The position numbers and the translations under genes were made by a program. From a bacterium (GTDB lineage: Bacteria > Patescibacteriota > Minisyncoccia > Minisyncoccales > GWA2-46-15): a stretch of DNA of 64,000 nt. The stretch is from positions 27,540 through 91,539 of the forward strand of contig JAUYCZ010000015.1 in the NCBI GenBank assembly GCA_030704795.1, in the 5' to 3' direction. A model generated the notes under the pieces. That model was given only the letters and a program-made list of their open reading frames with translations. It did not search any database and had not been told where the DNA came from. Shown here piece by piece: positions 18,237-28,052 of the stretch (the first letter of the stretch is position 1; each line of letters begins with the position of its first letter).

Positions 18237-19835
18237 TTAAGGAGATTTTATCACGCCGAAGACTTCTTTGGGAATTTCGTATTGGCCGATCACGTTTCGG
18301 TTTAATTCATTCACTTTAAGAAAAACAATGCCGTAGCTGTCAAAATAGACAACGGCCCAGCTGGGATCTTTTATTCTTTTAACCAAAAACTCCTGACCCC
18401 AAGGCGTGGCGTCGCGATGAGAAAAGAAAATGGCGTTAAAACCGTATTTTTCTTCTCCTCGCCTCCATTCATTTTCGTCTTCCTGAAAAGGGATATACTT
18501 TTTCTGGAAAAAGTCCAGCGAATAAGCTTCGGGCCGGTTGTCGACAAAAACCCGCTCTCGCGGAAAGAGGTAAAAAATGAGATAACCGCCGATATCGTAA
18601 TTGTTGAAGATCGGCCCCTTTAAATCCTGTTCTCGAAAGAAGTCGGCGGCCGAACTATTGCCCGCCAAGACCCCTAGGCCCAGGCGCGGCGGAACCGAAA
18701 TTCTTGAACTGTGATTAAAGATTAAGAGAACAACCATCGTCGATCCCAGAACAATGAGTAAAGAACGAAAAGAAAGAGAAAGAAAATCCAGCCGGACCCT
18801 CTCCGGAAAGAAATTACCCTCTTTGATTACTTTCAAGTTGGCGGCGATTAGCGGCAGGCTAAAGAGTCCGAAAATGGTGAAGTTGCGGATGGCTAAAAAT
18901 CCGGCCAGGCCAAACCCCAGGGCGAAACAAAGATTAACCAAAGAAATCTTCCGAGGAGCTATCTTCAAAACGGCTAAAAAGCTTAAAACCAAAACGAGAA
19001 GAACAATCTTAAAAAGAAGAAAGTTGGGATTAATGATGAACCCCAATTTTTCCAAAAACCAAACCGACTGGTTTTCGAGTAACCGATAGCCGTAATTCTG
19101 AAAAATATTAAAAGGAGCTGAAGCTCCCTCAATCCCAAAAGGATTAATAAGGGTGCTCAATACAACGAGCAGAAAGAGCGAACTTAATTTCAAAAAGTAT
19201 CGGCGCCGAGCGGAAATCAATAAGCTTTCCAAAAGGAAAACACCGACTAAAACTGGCCCGAGAATGAAATAGAGGTGGAGATTAACCCAAAAAACTTCAA
19301 TCAAAGGCAAAAGCAAAAGCCAGCGCCAACTCAAAAAACCCTGGCGCCAGCTCCAGAGAAGGTTGAGAAAAAAACCGGCAAAAACATAGCTAAAAACTTC
19401 CGGCCGTAGCTCAATCCTTTCGGCTATTAAGGGGATAATCAATAAAGACAGGATGACGGCCAAGCCCAAGTTGGTCTCTTTACGAGCCACCCGGAAAAAA
19501 AGCCAAAAGGCCAAAAAGCTCAAACCAATAAAAAAGAGATGGAGGCCGACGAAACCCGCCGAACGGAAAACGAGGAAGAAAATAACTCCGCTCAGCCAGT
19601 GATGATTAATAGTCGGGTAATCGGGCTCCGTGTAGGAATAAAAGTTGGTTTTTAAAACCGGGGAATCCAAAGAAAAATTCTCAACTAAAATCTGGCCGTT
19701 TTTCAAGTGTCGGCCCAGGTCCGCTGCCGCCAAATCAATCCGGTGAATCAAAAACAATCCGTACCAAGAGAGTAAAAGAAGAAAAAGAAAAACCACCAGA
19801 TAACTTTGAGGATTTTTAAGACGATGGATAAACAT
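18237..19835 (-). CDS. polytopic membrane protein, probable GT-C-fold glycosyltransferase (ArnT/PMT-like)
   Basis: More than 10 predicted TM helices, sits beside a GT2 gene; family assignment is inferred. Confidence 0.45.
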   Translation of the reverse strand: MFIHRLKNPQSYLVVFLFLLLLSWYGLFLIHRIDLAAADLGRHLKNGQILVENFSLDSPVLKTNFYSYTEPDYPTINHHWLSGVIFFLVFRSAGFVGLHLFFIGLSFLAFWLFFRVARKETNLGLAVILSLLIIPLIAERIELRPEVFSYVFAGFFLNLLWSWRQGFLSWRWLLLLPLIEVFWVNLHLYFILGPVLVGVFLLESLLISARRRYFLKLSSLFLLVVLSTLINPFGIEGASAPFNIFQNYGYRLLENQSVWFLEKLGFIINPNFLLFKIVLLVLVLSFLAVLKIAPRKISLVNLCFALGFGLAGFLAIRNFTIFGLFSLPLIAANLKVIKEGNFFPERVRLDFLSLSFRSLLIVLGSTMVVLLIFNHSSRISVPPRLGLGVLAGNSSAADFFREQDLKGPIFNNYDIGGYLIFYLFPRERVFVDNRPEAYSLDFFQKKYIPFQEDENEWRRGEEKYGFNAIFFSHRDATPWGQEFLVKRIKDPSWAVVYFDSYGIVFLKVNELNRNVIGQYEIPKEVFGVIKSP

Positions 19836-19844
19836 TAAAAAATT

Positions 19845-21239
19845 CTACCGGGAACACCGGTAAATAACAAGGTGGTTATCTGATTCTTGAGCGGTACTGG
19901 GAAATTCTTTTAACCGCTGGCAGCTCTCCCGAAAGGCCCGGGGACTGAAAAACCCCTCGTAGCCAAAATCAGTGATTCCCTCTTCCGGGCGATCGGTGAT
20001 GCGGGCCAAAAGAAAAACGCCGTTCTGAACCGCCGCCCGACTGACGATTTCTAAATCCAGAGCGCCCGAAGCAAAAACTTGAGGGTTGGTATCGATATAG
20101 CCGTTCAGAAGCTTCTTCTGGCTGAGCAGGGCTACGAGAGGCGCCACCTCGTGAGAGCCGTAAAGAGGAAAGGTTTCGGGCCGGGTTTTAAGATAATCGG
20201 CAACTTCAATGGCGTTGAGAAAACGGCCGTGGATAAAAAAGCTCTGTTGGTAATACCAGAAAGAAACGCTCAGAAATAAGATATAGAGAATCAGAATAAA
20301 AATCGACCAATCCTGACCGACCAGGGATTTGGCCCAGAGCCAGGCGACAAAAGACAGAGACAGAATGACCAAATAGGGCAAGAGACTGCCAAAGTAAGTA
20401 TAGTAGAGATCGGGAAAGAAAATGAGAAAAACGACGGTCAGGCAAAAGGGCAAAAGAAATTTCTTCTGCCGATTGACTAAGGCGCCGGCCACGGCCAGAC
20501 CGATCAAGAGCCACTCGCGCTTGAACAAAAAGGTAAAGACCTCGAGTTTATTTAAACCGGCCGGCCGGTTGAGATGATGAATCAGCAAATCATCAACGAC
20601 GCGGGGAAATGACAATAAAACTAATGGCCCCATAACCAAAAGCAGACAGCAAACCAGACCGTTAATGAGACGAACGAGGACGCGACGATCTTTTTCCAGA
20701 AAAACAAAAAGGGCAAAGCCGAGAAAAGCCGGCAAGACATATAATTTGGTCAATAAAGACAGTCCCCAGAAAAACCCAGACAAAAAGGGATGGTTCTGCT
20801 CAAAAAACAAAAGAGCCAAAACAAAAAGAAACACCACCAGCTGGACGCCGGTTAAATAATCGGACAGAGCCAAAACCGAAAAAGAAAAAAGATAAACCAA
20901 AGGGGCCAGAAAGGCTAAAGGATTATTCTGTTTTCTTAACAAAAAGAAAAGAATTAAGGCCGTGGCTGATTCCAGAATAATGGGCAGGGCCTGATAGAAA
21001 AGCAGATGGTCGCCAAAGAATAGGCGCAAACCAGCCAAGAACAAAATCAAAAAAGGCGGGTCGGCCAGGAAGAAATCCCGGTAGGGCAGTTCTCCCTGGG
21101 TCATGGCCTTGGCCATGTAGAAATAGGCGTTGCTGTCGCCGAAATGAAAAGTGAGGTTGGCTAACTTAAAACCCAGGAAGCCGATGATCACTAGCAGGAT
21201 GAAACTCCATTCGAGAATCTGTTTTGTTTTCTGATTCAT
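19845..21239 (-). CDS. polytopic membrane protein, probable GT-C-fold glycosyltransferase
   Basis: Many TM helices, within the GT2/GT-C cluster; 4-nt overlap with downstream GT2. Confidence 0.45.
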   Translation of the reverse strand: MNQKTKQILEWSFILLVIIGFLGFKLANLTFHFGDSNAYFYMAKAMTQGELPYRDFFLADPPFLILFLAGLRLFFGDHLLFYQALPIILESATALILFFLLRKQNNPLAFLAPLVYLFSFSVLALSDYLTGVQLVVFLFVLALLFFEQNHPFLSGFFWGLSLLTKLYVLPAFLGFALFVFLEKDRRVLVRLINGLVCCLLLVMGPLVLLSFPRVVDDLLIHHLNRPAGLNKLEVFTFLFKREWLLIGLAVAGALVNRQKKFLLPFCLTVVFLIFFPDLYYTYFGSLLPYLVILSLSFVAWLWAKSLVGQDWSIFILILYILFLSVSFWYYQQSFFIHGRFLNAIEVADYLKTRPETFPLYGSHEVAPLVALLSQKKLLNGYIDTNPQVFASGALDLEIVSRAAVQNGVFLLARITDRPEEGITDFGYEGFFSPRAFRESCQRLKEFPSTAQESDNHLVIYRCSR

Positions 21240-21964
21240 GGCCTAAATCTACATTTCAAAATCGTCCACAGACCGATCAGCCCGTCTCGGGCGCGAATCT
21301 TTTTGCCCTCGGAAAATCTTCTCGGGTGATAACTGATGGGAACCTCCTTAATCGAATAACCGGCTCGGATCGTCTGGGCCGTCACTTCCTCACAGAATTC
21401 AAACCTTTGAGTCTTGAGCTTTAAATTTTTAAGCAGATCGGCGCGGAAAAGCTTGTAGCCGGTATTGACGTCGGTCAGATTCGTGCCAAAAAGGAAATTA
21501 AAGAAGCGCGTCAGGAACCGACCACCCCAGAAATAAAAGAAATAACCTCGGCCGGACAGGCCCAGATTGCGTGAACCGTAAACCACCGGCGAACCTGCCT
21601 TGAAAGCTTTTAAAAGATTTTCGTAATCCATCGGATCATACTCTAAATCCGCGTCCTGAATGATGATGGCGTCGCCGGTTGAAGCCTTAATCCCGCTCCT
21701 GATCGCGGCGCCTTTGCCCTGATTTTTCTCATGTCGAATCGTCTTTAAATTTTGCTTGTCCGCCGTAGTCTTGGCGAAGGCGGAGATTTTCGATTCGGAA
21801 GAATCGGTTGATCCGTCATCAACGACGATGATCTCTTTTTCGTAATCTAAAACCAGGGCTGAGATCACTCGCCTCAAGATCTCCTCGATTGTCCCCTCTT
21901 CATTGAAAACCGGAATAATAATGGAAAGTTTTCTTAACATCGAAAGGTTTTTGTTAAATGGCAA
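21236..21964 (-). CDS. glycosyltransferase family 2 (paralog of 17503-18195)
   Basis: LSIIIPVFNEEGTIEE...IIVVDDGSTDSS...DADLEYDP. Confidence 0.8.
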   Translation of the reverse strand: MPFNKNLSMLRKLSIIIPVFNEEGTIEEILRRVISALVLDYEKEIIVVDDGSTDSSESKISAFAKTTADKQNLKTIRHEKNQGKGAAIRSGIKASTGDAIIIQDADLEYDPMDYENLLKAFKAGSPVVYGSRNLGLSGRGYFFYFWGGRFLTRFFNFLFGTNLTDVNTGYKLFRADLLKNLKLKTQRFEFCEEVTAQTIRAGYSIKEVPISYHPRRFSEGKKIRARDGLIGLWTILKCRFRP

Positions 21965-21994
21965 AAAGTAAAGTTTAACTCAGATAATGACAGA

Positions 21995-22061
21995 AATTCC
22001 CCCGTGTTGGAAAATAGGAGCGAAGCGACGTAAGAAACCAGAAGGTTTCTTAAGCGGGGGT
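21995..22061 (-). promoter_or_regulatory. Candidate structured leader element copy 2 (9-bp stem AATTCCCCC/GGGGGAATT, loop begins GACCCCCGCTTAAGAAACC)
   Basis: Same loop consensus as 7024-7062 with different but still complementary stem. Confidence 0.4.
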
Positions 22062-22075
22062 CGGGGGAATTTCTC

Positions 22076-22110
22076 TGAATTGAAAACCGGAATAATGATT
22101 GAGAGTTTCT
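22076..22110 (-). pseudogene. relic of a GT2 gene 5' end (encodes MKKLSIIIPVF then diverges)
   Basis: rc of tgaaaaccggaataatgattgagagtttcttcat = ATGAAGAAACTCTCAATCATTATTCCGGTTTTC, identical to the N-terminus of GT2 at 18195. Confidence 0.5.
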
Positions 22111-23748
22111 TCATCTCTTTTCGCTCAATTCTTTTGTATAGAGAATGAACGATTCAATGTTTTTGTCTCCGGGAAATTGTTTCTTCAGACCGTCCAAAAC
22201 TTCCAAAGCCGATCCGTAGTCTTTTTTTTCCAAGTAAAGGCCAATCAGAGCGTTGTAGGAAAAGAAGAATTTGGGGTTGAGGCTGATGGCTTTTTTAAAG
22301 CCCCCAATGGCCAAGTCAATCCGACTCGTATCCCGATAAACATTGGCTAAATTGTGCCAGGCCACCGGGTTTTCCGGATCGAGTTGGATGGCGGATCGAT
22401 AAGTTTTTTCGGCCTGAACAGAATCTCCGTGATCGGCGTAGGCCATGCCCAAGTTATTGATGACGCGATAGCTCCAGGGAGTGTACTTTAATGTCTGATT
22501 GTAAAAGGTGATCGGGTCGCGCCACTCCCGATTCCGGATAAAAGTCTGCCGCGCTAGAAAAGCCAGGAAAATGGCTAAGAGAATCAAAAGGAAATTCCGA
22601 GAAAACGGGTATTTTTTAGAAACCCAAAGGCCCAGCCAAATTAAAATTAAAAAAATTCCCACCAAAGGGAAATAAAGCCAGTGCTCATAAAGAAGGCCCG
22701 AAACCGGGATGAGAAGATTAGAAGTCGGGGCTAAACCAATAAAAAACCAGATCAGGCCAAAACCCAGAACCGCCCGACGCTGAAAAGGCAAAGAGAAGAA
22801 AGCCAAAGCCAACAGACCGAAGAAAAGAAAACCGCCCAGGATGACGTCCGGAGAAAACGGGGAATTCGCTAGAACCACGCTGCGCTCCATGTGCAGGCTC
22901 TGCGGCCAGAAGAGCAAGCCGAAATAGATCACCAAGACCCGGAAAAAGGTAAAAAGCCGCACCAGGAAATTGGCGGTAAAAACATTGGTTTCATTGTAAA
23001 GATTAAAGGTGTTGACGAAATTCAATGTCGTCGCCCTGAGAAGAAAATAGATCAGGGCCAGAGCTAAAAAGGGCCAAAACTTCCTGACGCTAACTTTTAA
23101 TCTCTCTCCGATCCCCTCTGCTGGTTTTTGAGAAAAAAATCCCAGCAAAAAAATCAAAACCGGCATAACAATGGCTGTTTCTTTTGAAAGAAGGGCCAGG
23201 GTCGACATTAGAAAAGAAAGCCAAAACCATTTGCTTTCCAAAAACGGCGCGCCGGACTGATCGAATTTCAGATAGAAAATGAGCCCCAACAGAATGAAAA
23301 AGACCGACAAAGGATCGGCCAGTCCCGAGACGTAGGTCACGGCTTCGGTCTGCAAAGGATGAATGAGAAAAACCAAAGCCGTCAGGAAGGCCAGCTGGCG
23401 ATTCTGGAAAAGACGGAAGAGCAGGAAAAACAATAAGAGGGCGTTGCCGGTATGAAAAAGGGTATTGATAAAATGATAGCCAGGAGGCCAGTTGCCCCAG
23501 AGCTTCCACTCCACCGAAAAAACGGTCAGAAGAAGAGGCCGCCAGTAATTGCTCATCAGACCGGCGCCGGCAATCAAGTTTTCGGAAAAATAACGGGGGA
23601 AATATTGCCAGTCTTTGATGTACTGATTCTTGAGGATATTGTCGTCGTCATCCCAGAACATCTGGTTGCCGAAAGAATTGGCGTAAAGACTAAAGCCAAT
23701 GAGGATTAGAAAGAAAACGGCCAGCCGATTTGGAGAAAGCTTTAACAT
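22111..23748 (-). CDS. polytopic membrane GT-C-like protein with C-terminal TPR repeats
   Basis: N-terminal about 12 TM helices; C-terminal TPR motifs (AWHNLANVY..., YNALIGLYLEKKDY...). Confidence 0.55.
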   Translation of the reverse strand: MLKLSPNRLAVFFLILIGFSLYANSFGNQMFWDDDDNILKNQYIKDWQYFPRYFSENLIAGAGLMSNYWRPLLLTVFSVEWKLWGNWPPGYHFINTLFHTGNALLLFFLLFRLFQNRQLAFLTALVFLIHPLQTEAVTYVSGLADPLSVFFILLGLIFYLKFDQSGAPFLESKWFWLSFLMSTLALLSKETAIVMPVLIFLLGFFSQKPAEGIGERLKVSVRKFWPFLALALIYFLLRATTLNFVNTFNLYNETNVFTANFLVRLFTFFRVLVIYFGLLFWPQSLHMERSVVLANSPFSPDVILGGFLFFGLLALAFFSLPFQRRAVLGFGLIWFFIGLAPTSNLLIPVSGLLYEHWLYFPLVGIFLILIWLGLWVSKKYPFSRNFLLILLAIFLAFLARQTFIRNREWRDPITFYNQTLKYTPWSYRVINNLGMAYADHGDSVQAEKTYRSAIQLDPENPVAWHNLANVYRDTSRIDLAIGGFKKAISLNPKFFFSYNALIGLYLEKKDYGSALEVLDGLKKQFPGDKNIESFILYTKELSEKR

Positions 23749-23759
23749 TTTTTCATTAA

Positions 23760-24083
23760 TTAAGAAACTTTGGCTCCCGGAGAAACCGCCTGGTCCGGAA
23801 CGAGCAGAACGACCTTGTCTGCTTGGCTCACCGCCAAAAGCATGCCCTGGCTCTCTAGACCCAGGATCATTCTCGGCTCGAGATTGGCAACAATAACAAT
23901 CTCTTTGTCAACCAGATCTTCTGGCTTGTACGACTTAGCAATGCCCGAAACAATCTGTTGTATTCCCAATTCTCCCAAGTCAAGGTCTAATCGCAAGAGT
24001 TTTGCCGATCCCAAAACCGGCTCGGCCTTAATAACTTTGACCACCCTTAAATCTAATTTTTGAAAATCCTCTAGATTAATCAT
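23760..24083 (-). CDS. csaA: tRNA-binding protein (CsaA/Myf domain)
   Basis: LDLRVVKVIKAEPV...LLRLDLDLGE...QIVSGIAKSYKPEDLV typical of the CsaA/EMAP OB fold. Confidence 0.7.
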   Translation of the reverse strand: MINLEDFQKLDLRVVKVIKAEPVLGSAKLLRLDLDLGELGIQQIVSGIAKSYKPEDLVDKEIVIVANLEPRMILGLESQGMLLAVSQADKVVLLVPDQAVSPGAKVS

Positions 24084-25089
24084 AACTTGCCAGCTGGCCG
24101 CAGGCGGCTTTAATGCCCCGGCCGAAACGATATCTTTCCGTTACCTCGATTCCCTGCTCTTCCAAAACTTGCCGGAATTTCTTAATTTGCTCTTTTTCCG
24201 ACGGCTCAAAAACACCGGTCGGATTGTATAAAATGAGATTAACCATAAAAAGAGATTTTTTAAAGCGGCGGAGCAAATTAATGAGCTCTCCAGCCAAATC
24301 CGGGGAATCATTAACCCCTTTTATCATTATATATTGAAACATCACTTTTCGTTTGGTCTCTTTTAAATAATTGTCAACCGCATCTAAAAATGCTTTTAAG
24401 GAGTGGGCCTTGTTAGCGGGGACAATTCTTGTTCTCAATTCGTCATTGGGAGCGTGCAAAGAAATCGCCAGATTAATCTGCAATGGTTCTTTGGTCAATT
24501 TATTGATGCCGCCCTCAACTCCGACCGTGGAAATAGAAATGTGTCGGGCGCCAATGTTCAAGCCGTCTTTGCTATTTAAAATCCTGATCGCCGCCATAAC
24601 CTTGTCGTAATTTAAAAATGGCTCGCCCATGCCCATAAAGACGATATTGGTTACTCGCTCGCTAAGTTTTTTGAGATAACGGGCAAAAAATAAAACCTGC
24701 TCAATAATTTCAAAAGATTCAAGGTTTCTTTTAAAACCCATTTTCCCGGTGGCGCAAAAAGAACAGTTCAGGGGACAGCCGACCTCCGAAGAAACGCAAA
24801 TCGTGTTGCGACCGCTCGGATAACGCATTAAAACCGTCTCCACTCTCAAGCCGTCTTTGAGCCAGAGTAAAGCTTTAACCGTCTTTTCGTCATTAGAAAC
24901 CGAAGTTTCCGCCTCAATTTTCAAAGGAACAACTTCTGAAAGCTTTTCTCTCAGAGCCAAAGGCAAAACCGTCGCCTCCTGCCAATTCTCGATTAAATCG
25001 AAAAACACCGCCTTTTTCGCCTGCTTTAATCTAAAATTCGGTTCCTCTTTTAAAACTTTTTCCAGATTGCCCAAATCCATAGCATTCAA
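24076..25089 (-). CDS. rlmN: 23S rRNA (adenine2503-C2)-methyltransferase, radical SAM
   Basis: CPLNCSFCATG radical-SAM cluster motif, GMGEPFLNYD, second Cys (AACGQL). Confidence 0.85.
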   Translation of the reverse strand: MNAMDLGNLEKVLKEEPNFRLKQAKKAVFFDLIENWQEATVLPLALREKLSEVVPLKIEAETSVSNDEKTVKALLWLKDGLRVETVLMRYPSGRNTICVSSEVGCPLNCSFCATGKMGFKRNLESFEIIEQVLFFARYLKKLSERVTNIVFMGMGEPFLNYDKVMAAIRILNSKDGLNIGARHISISTVGVEGGINKLTKEPLQINLAISLHAPNDELRTRIVPANKAHSLKAFLDAVDNYLKETKRKVMFQYIMIKGVNDSPDLAGELINLLRRFKKSLFMVNLILYNPTGVFEPSEKEQIKKFRQVLEEQGIEVTERYRFGRGIKAACGQLASYD

Positions 25090-25139
25090 AAATGTTTAAG
25101 CTCCGAGCTTAAACATTAAAAAACCCGACCTCCGTAAGT

Positions 25140-25400
25140 TTAAACTTGGATAATATAGAGGCCCTTCTTCTCAATTTCTTTCTTTTGGCCAAAATCGTCG
25201 AGTTTGAAATTAAGAACATATTTTACTTTCTTTGAGATTTTCCGGCCGGTGTATTTTTTCTTTTTCGGATCATACTCTTCCAAAAGTAAAGTATCGCCCT
25301 CTTTAACTCTAAAGTCGGCGACCCTAACATCAAATTTCTTTTTGCCCGACTTCATCAGAGCAAAAATCTTAGGCCAGCTCTTTTTTTTGATGATTGCCAT
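25140..25400 (-). CDS. small ASCH/DUF3850-like protein
   Basis: 86 aa, pattern W.K.F.....GKK.F.VR..D....GD.L.L.EY resembles DUF3850. Confidence 0.35.
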   Translation of the reverse strand: MAIIKKKSWPKIFALMKSGKKKFDVRVADFRVKEGDTLLLEEYDPKKKKYTGRKISKKVKYVLNFKLDDFGQKKEIEKKGLYIIQV

Positions 25401-25431
25401 ATTTTAAGTTGTATTATTGTTTTGAAGTAGA

Positions 25432-26244
25432 CTACGCCGCTAGCCAGCCGCCGTCCACGTAAAAAGTGGCGCCGGTGACATAACTCGCTTCCTCCGAAGC
25501 CAGAAACACGACCATGGCCGCGATTTCTTCGGGCCGGCCCATCCTTTTTAAAGGAACGCCGGCCAAGAAAGCTGACATGACTTCTTTGGACATATTGGCT
25601 TCGGCAATCATGGGCGTATCGATCGCGCCCGGCCCAATGACGTTGACGTTAATCCCGAGGGGCGCCCATTCCTGGGCCAGGGTCTCGGTCAAGCCGATAA
25701 TGCCGCCCTTGGAAGCGGTGTAGTGGGCCGCCGCCATTATTCCAACGCCGACGCCGCCAGAAGCAATCGAGGCGATATTGATGATCCGACCCCATTTATT
25801 CTTAGCCATTTCCTTGGCCGCTCGCTGGGCGCAAAAAAACTCGCCCTTGAGGTTGATGTCCAGAGTCTGATCCCAGTCAGCTTCGGTCATCTCTAAAGCC
25901 ATTTTCGGTTTGAAAATGCCGGCGTTGTTGACGAGAATGTCCAGCCTTCCCCATTTTTCGACCACCCCGTCGAAAACCCGATCGATTTCCGCCTTGTTAG
26001 TCACGTCCAGTTTCCAGGCCGCCGCTTCCCCACCTTTGGATTTAATTTCTTCAACCACTTTTTGACACTCTTCTAAACTAATATCGGTCACCGCTACTTT
26101 GGCGCCCTGCTGAGCCAGAGCCAGGGCGTCAACTTTGCCCATTCCCCTCCTGGCGCCGGTCACCAAAGCGACTTTGTTTTTGAGTTCAAACATATTTTCT
26201 AAACTTTTTTGCGTTATTAATTCGGCTTTGCTCCCCGCCTTCAT
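25432..26244 (-). CDS. SDR family NAD(P)-dependent oxidoreductase
   Basis: TGARRGMG Rossmann motif, NNAG, catalytic YTASK. Confidence 0.8.
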   Translation of the reverse strand: MKAGSKAELITQKSLENMFELKNKVALVTGARRGMGKVDALALAQQGAKVAVTDISLEECQKVVEEIKSKGGEAAAWKLDVTNKAEIDRVFDGVVEKWGRLDILVNNAGIFKPKMALEMTEADWDQTLDINLKGEFFCAQRAAKEMAKNKWGRIINIASIASGGVGVGIMAAAHYTASKGGIIGLTETLAQEWAPLGINVNVIGPGAIDTPMIAEANMSKEVMSAFLAGVPLKRMGRPEEIAAMVVFLASEEASYVTGATFYVDGGWLAA

Positions 26245-26307
26245 TCTAGCAAAAAGCCGCCCGCCTTCACAGAGTTTCGGCGGGCAAGCCTCCTTGGCGA
26301 TTTTTGG

Positions 26308-26862
26308 TTACACCTTTTTATACAAAAAGATATGGTCAACGAACTTGCCCCGGTGCTTTATCCCCTGGGGCAACCGGCCATATTCCTTAAAACCAAACCT
26401 TTTCCGGTAGAGCCTAAGAGCAATCGGATTATTGGCGAAAATTCCCAAGGTGACGATTTTCAGCTTCTTGATCTTTTTGGCTTCTTTAAAGACCAGTTTC
26501 ATCAAGAGCTTACCAATGCCTTCATTCCTAAGACTCTTGGCCACCGTAATGCCGAAAACACCGACGTGTCCGGAAATCTTGTCTTCCAGATTAATATCAG
26601 AAACGGCGACCAGTTTATTTTGGCAGAAAACCATTAACTTGACCGCCTCGTTCTTTTTAATCTTTTTGAAATAGGAGGCGAGATATTTTTTCTCATCGGC
26701 CAAGGAAACTTGCTCTCCCTGGAATCTAATGAAAGTTTTCTCTTTCGAAAGAGTGTTAATGTAATTTCGCAAAGCCGAAACATCCGACCCGAGCGGGTAG
26801 CGAATGACAATCTCTCTCCCCTTTTTGGTTTGACCTCTAAAAACAATCTTGCCTGGTTTCAT
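26308..26862 (-). CDS. GNAT family N-acetyltransferase
   Basis: Acetyl-CoA motif ...RNEGIGKLLMK... Confidence 0.7.
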   Translation of the reverse strand: MKPGKIVFRGQTKKGREIVIRYPLGSDVSALRNYINTLSKEKTFIRFQGEQVSLADEKKYLASYFKKIKKNEAVKLMVFCQNKLVAVSDINLEDKISGHVGVFGITVAKSLRNEGIGKLLMKLVFKEAKKIKKLKIVTLGIFANNPIALRLYRKRFGFKEYGRLPQGIKHRGKFVDHIFLYKKV

Positions 26863-26879
26863 GGTGATACGGTATATAT

Positions 26880-28046
26880 TTATTGTTCCTCTACGGTCAC
26901 GCTTTCCATGACCACCGGTGATAAAGGTTTGTCGCTTGGATCGACCGGAACCTGGCCAATGGCATCAACTACGGCTTGCCCTGAAATCACTTTACCGAAA
27001 ATCGTATAGTTATGTGGCAAAGGATAGTCTTCGAGCATAATAAAAAACTGGCTGCCGTTGGTGTTGGGGCCGGCATTGGCCATGGCAAGTACGCCTTTCT
27101 TATAGCCGGCTTTGTAGGATTCGGTATTGGGATTTAACTCGTCTTCAAACTGATAGCCCGGCCCACCCGTGCCATCGCCCCTGGGATCACCGCCCTGAAT
27201 CATGAATCCCTTTATGATCCGGTGAAAAGTTAAACCATCGTAAAAACCTTTTTTAACTAAGGCGATAAAATTCTCAACAGTTTTAGGCGCGTCCTGATCA
27301 TTGGTCTCAATCTTGATTTCGCCCAGATTCGTCTTAATGTTTACGGTAGGCATGTTTTTTTCTCCCGTTAAAAACTTAAGGCTGGAAATAATTTGCTGGC
27401 CGATTTTATTATTTTCGACCGGATTAGATAGATTAGGATTTTCCTCGCCAACGGGAAGATTGAAATAATAAAGCTTGTCGCCTTTAGCCAAATAAATCCA
27501 CTCATCATTACGGTCATCGGCCATGACTCCGTATAACTCGTAGGCGGGCCGCCCGGCGATGGTTAATTCCCTGGCCTCTTTATACCGAATAATACCTGGA
27601 CCGTCGGGTTCGTTTGCTTTCTGATTCTCGCTTAAAATCTCTTCGACCCATTGTTTGGAACTTAATTTCTTAGGATTGTCAAAAACTCGAAGGCTCAGCC
27701 AGTAAGGCTCAAGGGTATTAACGGTATGGACCAACCAATAAAGGCCGGGGTCTTCCTGATCGGTGTTATAATCCCATTCTAACGGATATTTTATCTCGTA
27801 ACCGTAAACCTCGCTGCGGAAAACCTTCCAGTCGGCTGTCTCGTTTGGGCTGGCTTCGGAGGACGACTCTGCCGGCGTCGCACTGGGTGTTGGGCTAATT
27901 ACGGGATTAAAACTTCGGTTCTGCCAAAACCAATACCCGATGGCTAAAACAACCAAAACGATAATAAGAACCTGCCTTAATGGCAGAACCTTGTTTCTCG
28001 CTTTGCTCGAAATGAAAAAAATGATCTTTCGCGGTTCAAGTTTCAT
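26880..28046 (-). CDS. membrane-anchored protein with C-terminal cyclophilin-type peptidyl-prolyl isomerase domain
   Basis: N-terminal signal anchor; C-terminal FHRIIKGFMIQGGDP, ...GVLAMANAGPNTNGSQFFI cyclophilin motifs. Confidence 0.8.
   Translation of the reverse strand: MKLEPRKIIFFISSKARNKVLPLRQVLIIVLVVLAIGYWFWQNRSFNPVISPTPSATPAESSSEASPNETADWKVFRSEVYGYEIKYPLEWDYNTDQEDPGLYWLVHTVNTLEPYWLSLRVFDNPKKLSSKQWVEEILSENQKANEPDGPGIIRYKEARELTIAGRPAYELYGVMADDRNDEWIYLAKGDKLYYFNLPVGEENPNLSNPVENNKIGQQIISSLKFLTGEKNMPTVNIKTNLGEIKIETNDQDAPKTVENFIALVKKGFYDGLTFHRIIKGFMIQGGDPRGDGTGGPGYQFEDELNPNTESYKAGYKKGVLAMANAGPNTNGSQFFIMLEDYPLPHNYTIFGKVISGQAVVDAIGQVPVDPSDKPLSPVVMESVTVEEQ
27967..28013 (-). promoter_or_regulatory. 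Conserved motif L1 copy C with hairpin (CUGCC-AUUAA-GGCAG) at the 5' end of the cyclophilin gene
   Basis: aagaacctgccttaatggcagaaccttgtttctcgctttgctcgaaa. Confidence 0.35.
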
Positions 28047-28052
28047 TTTTTA

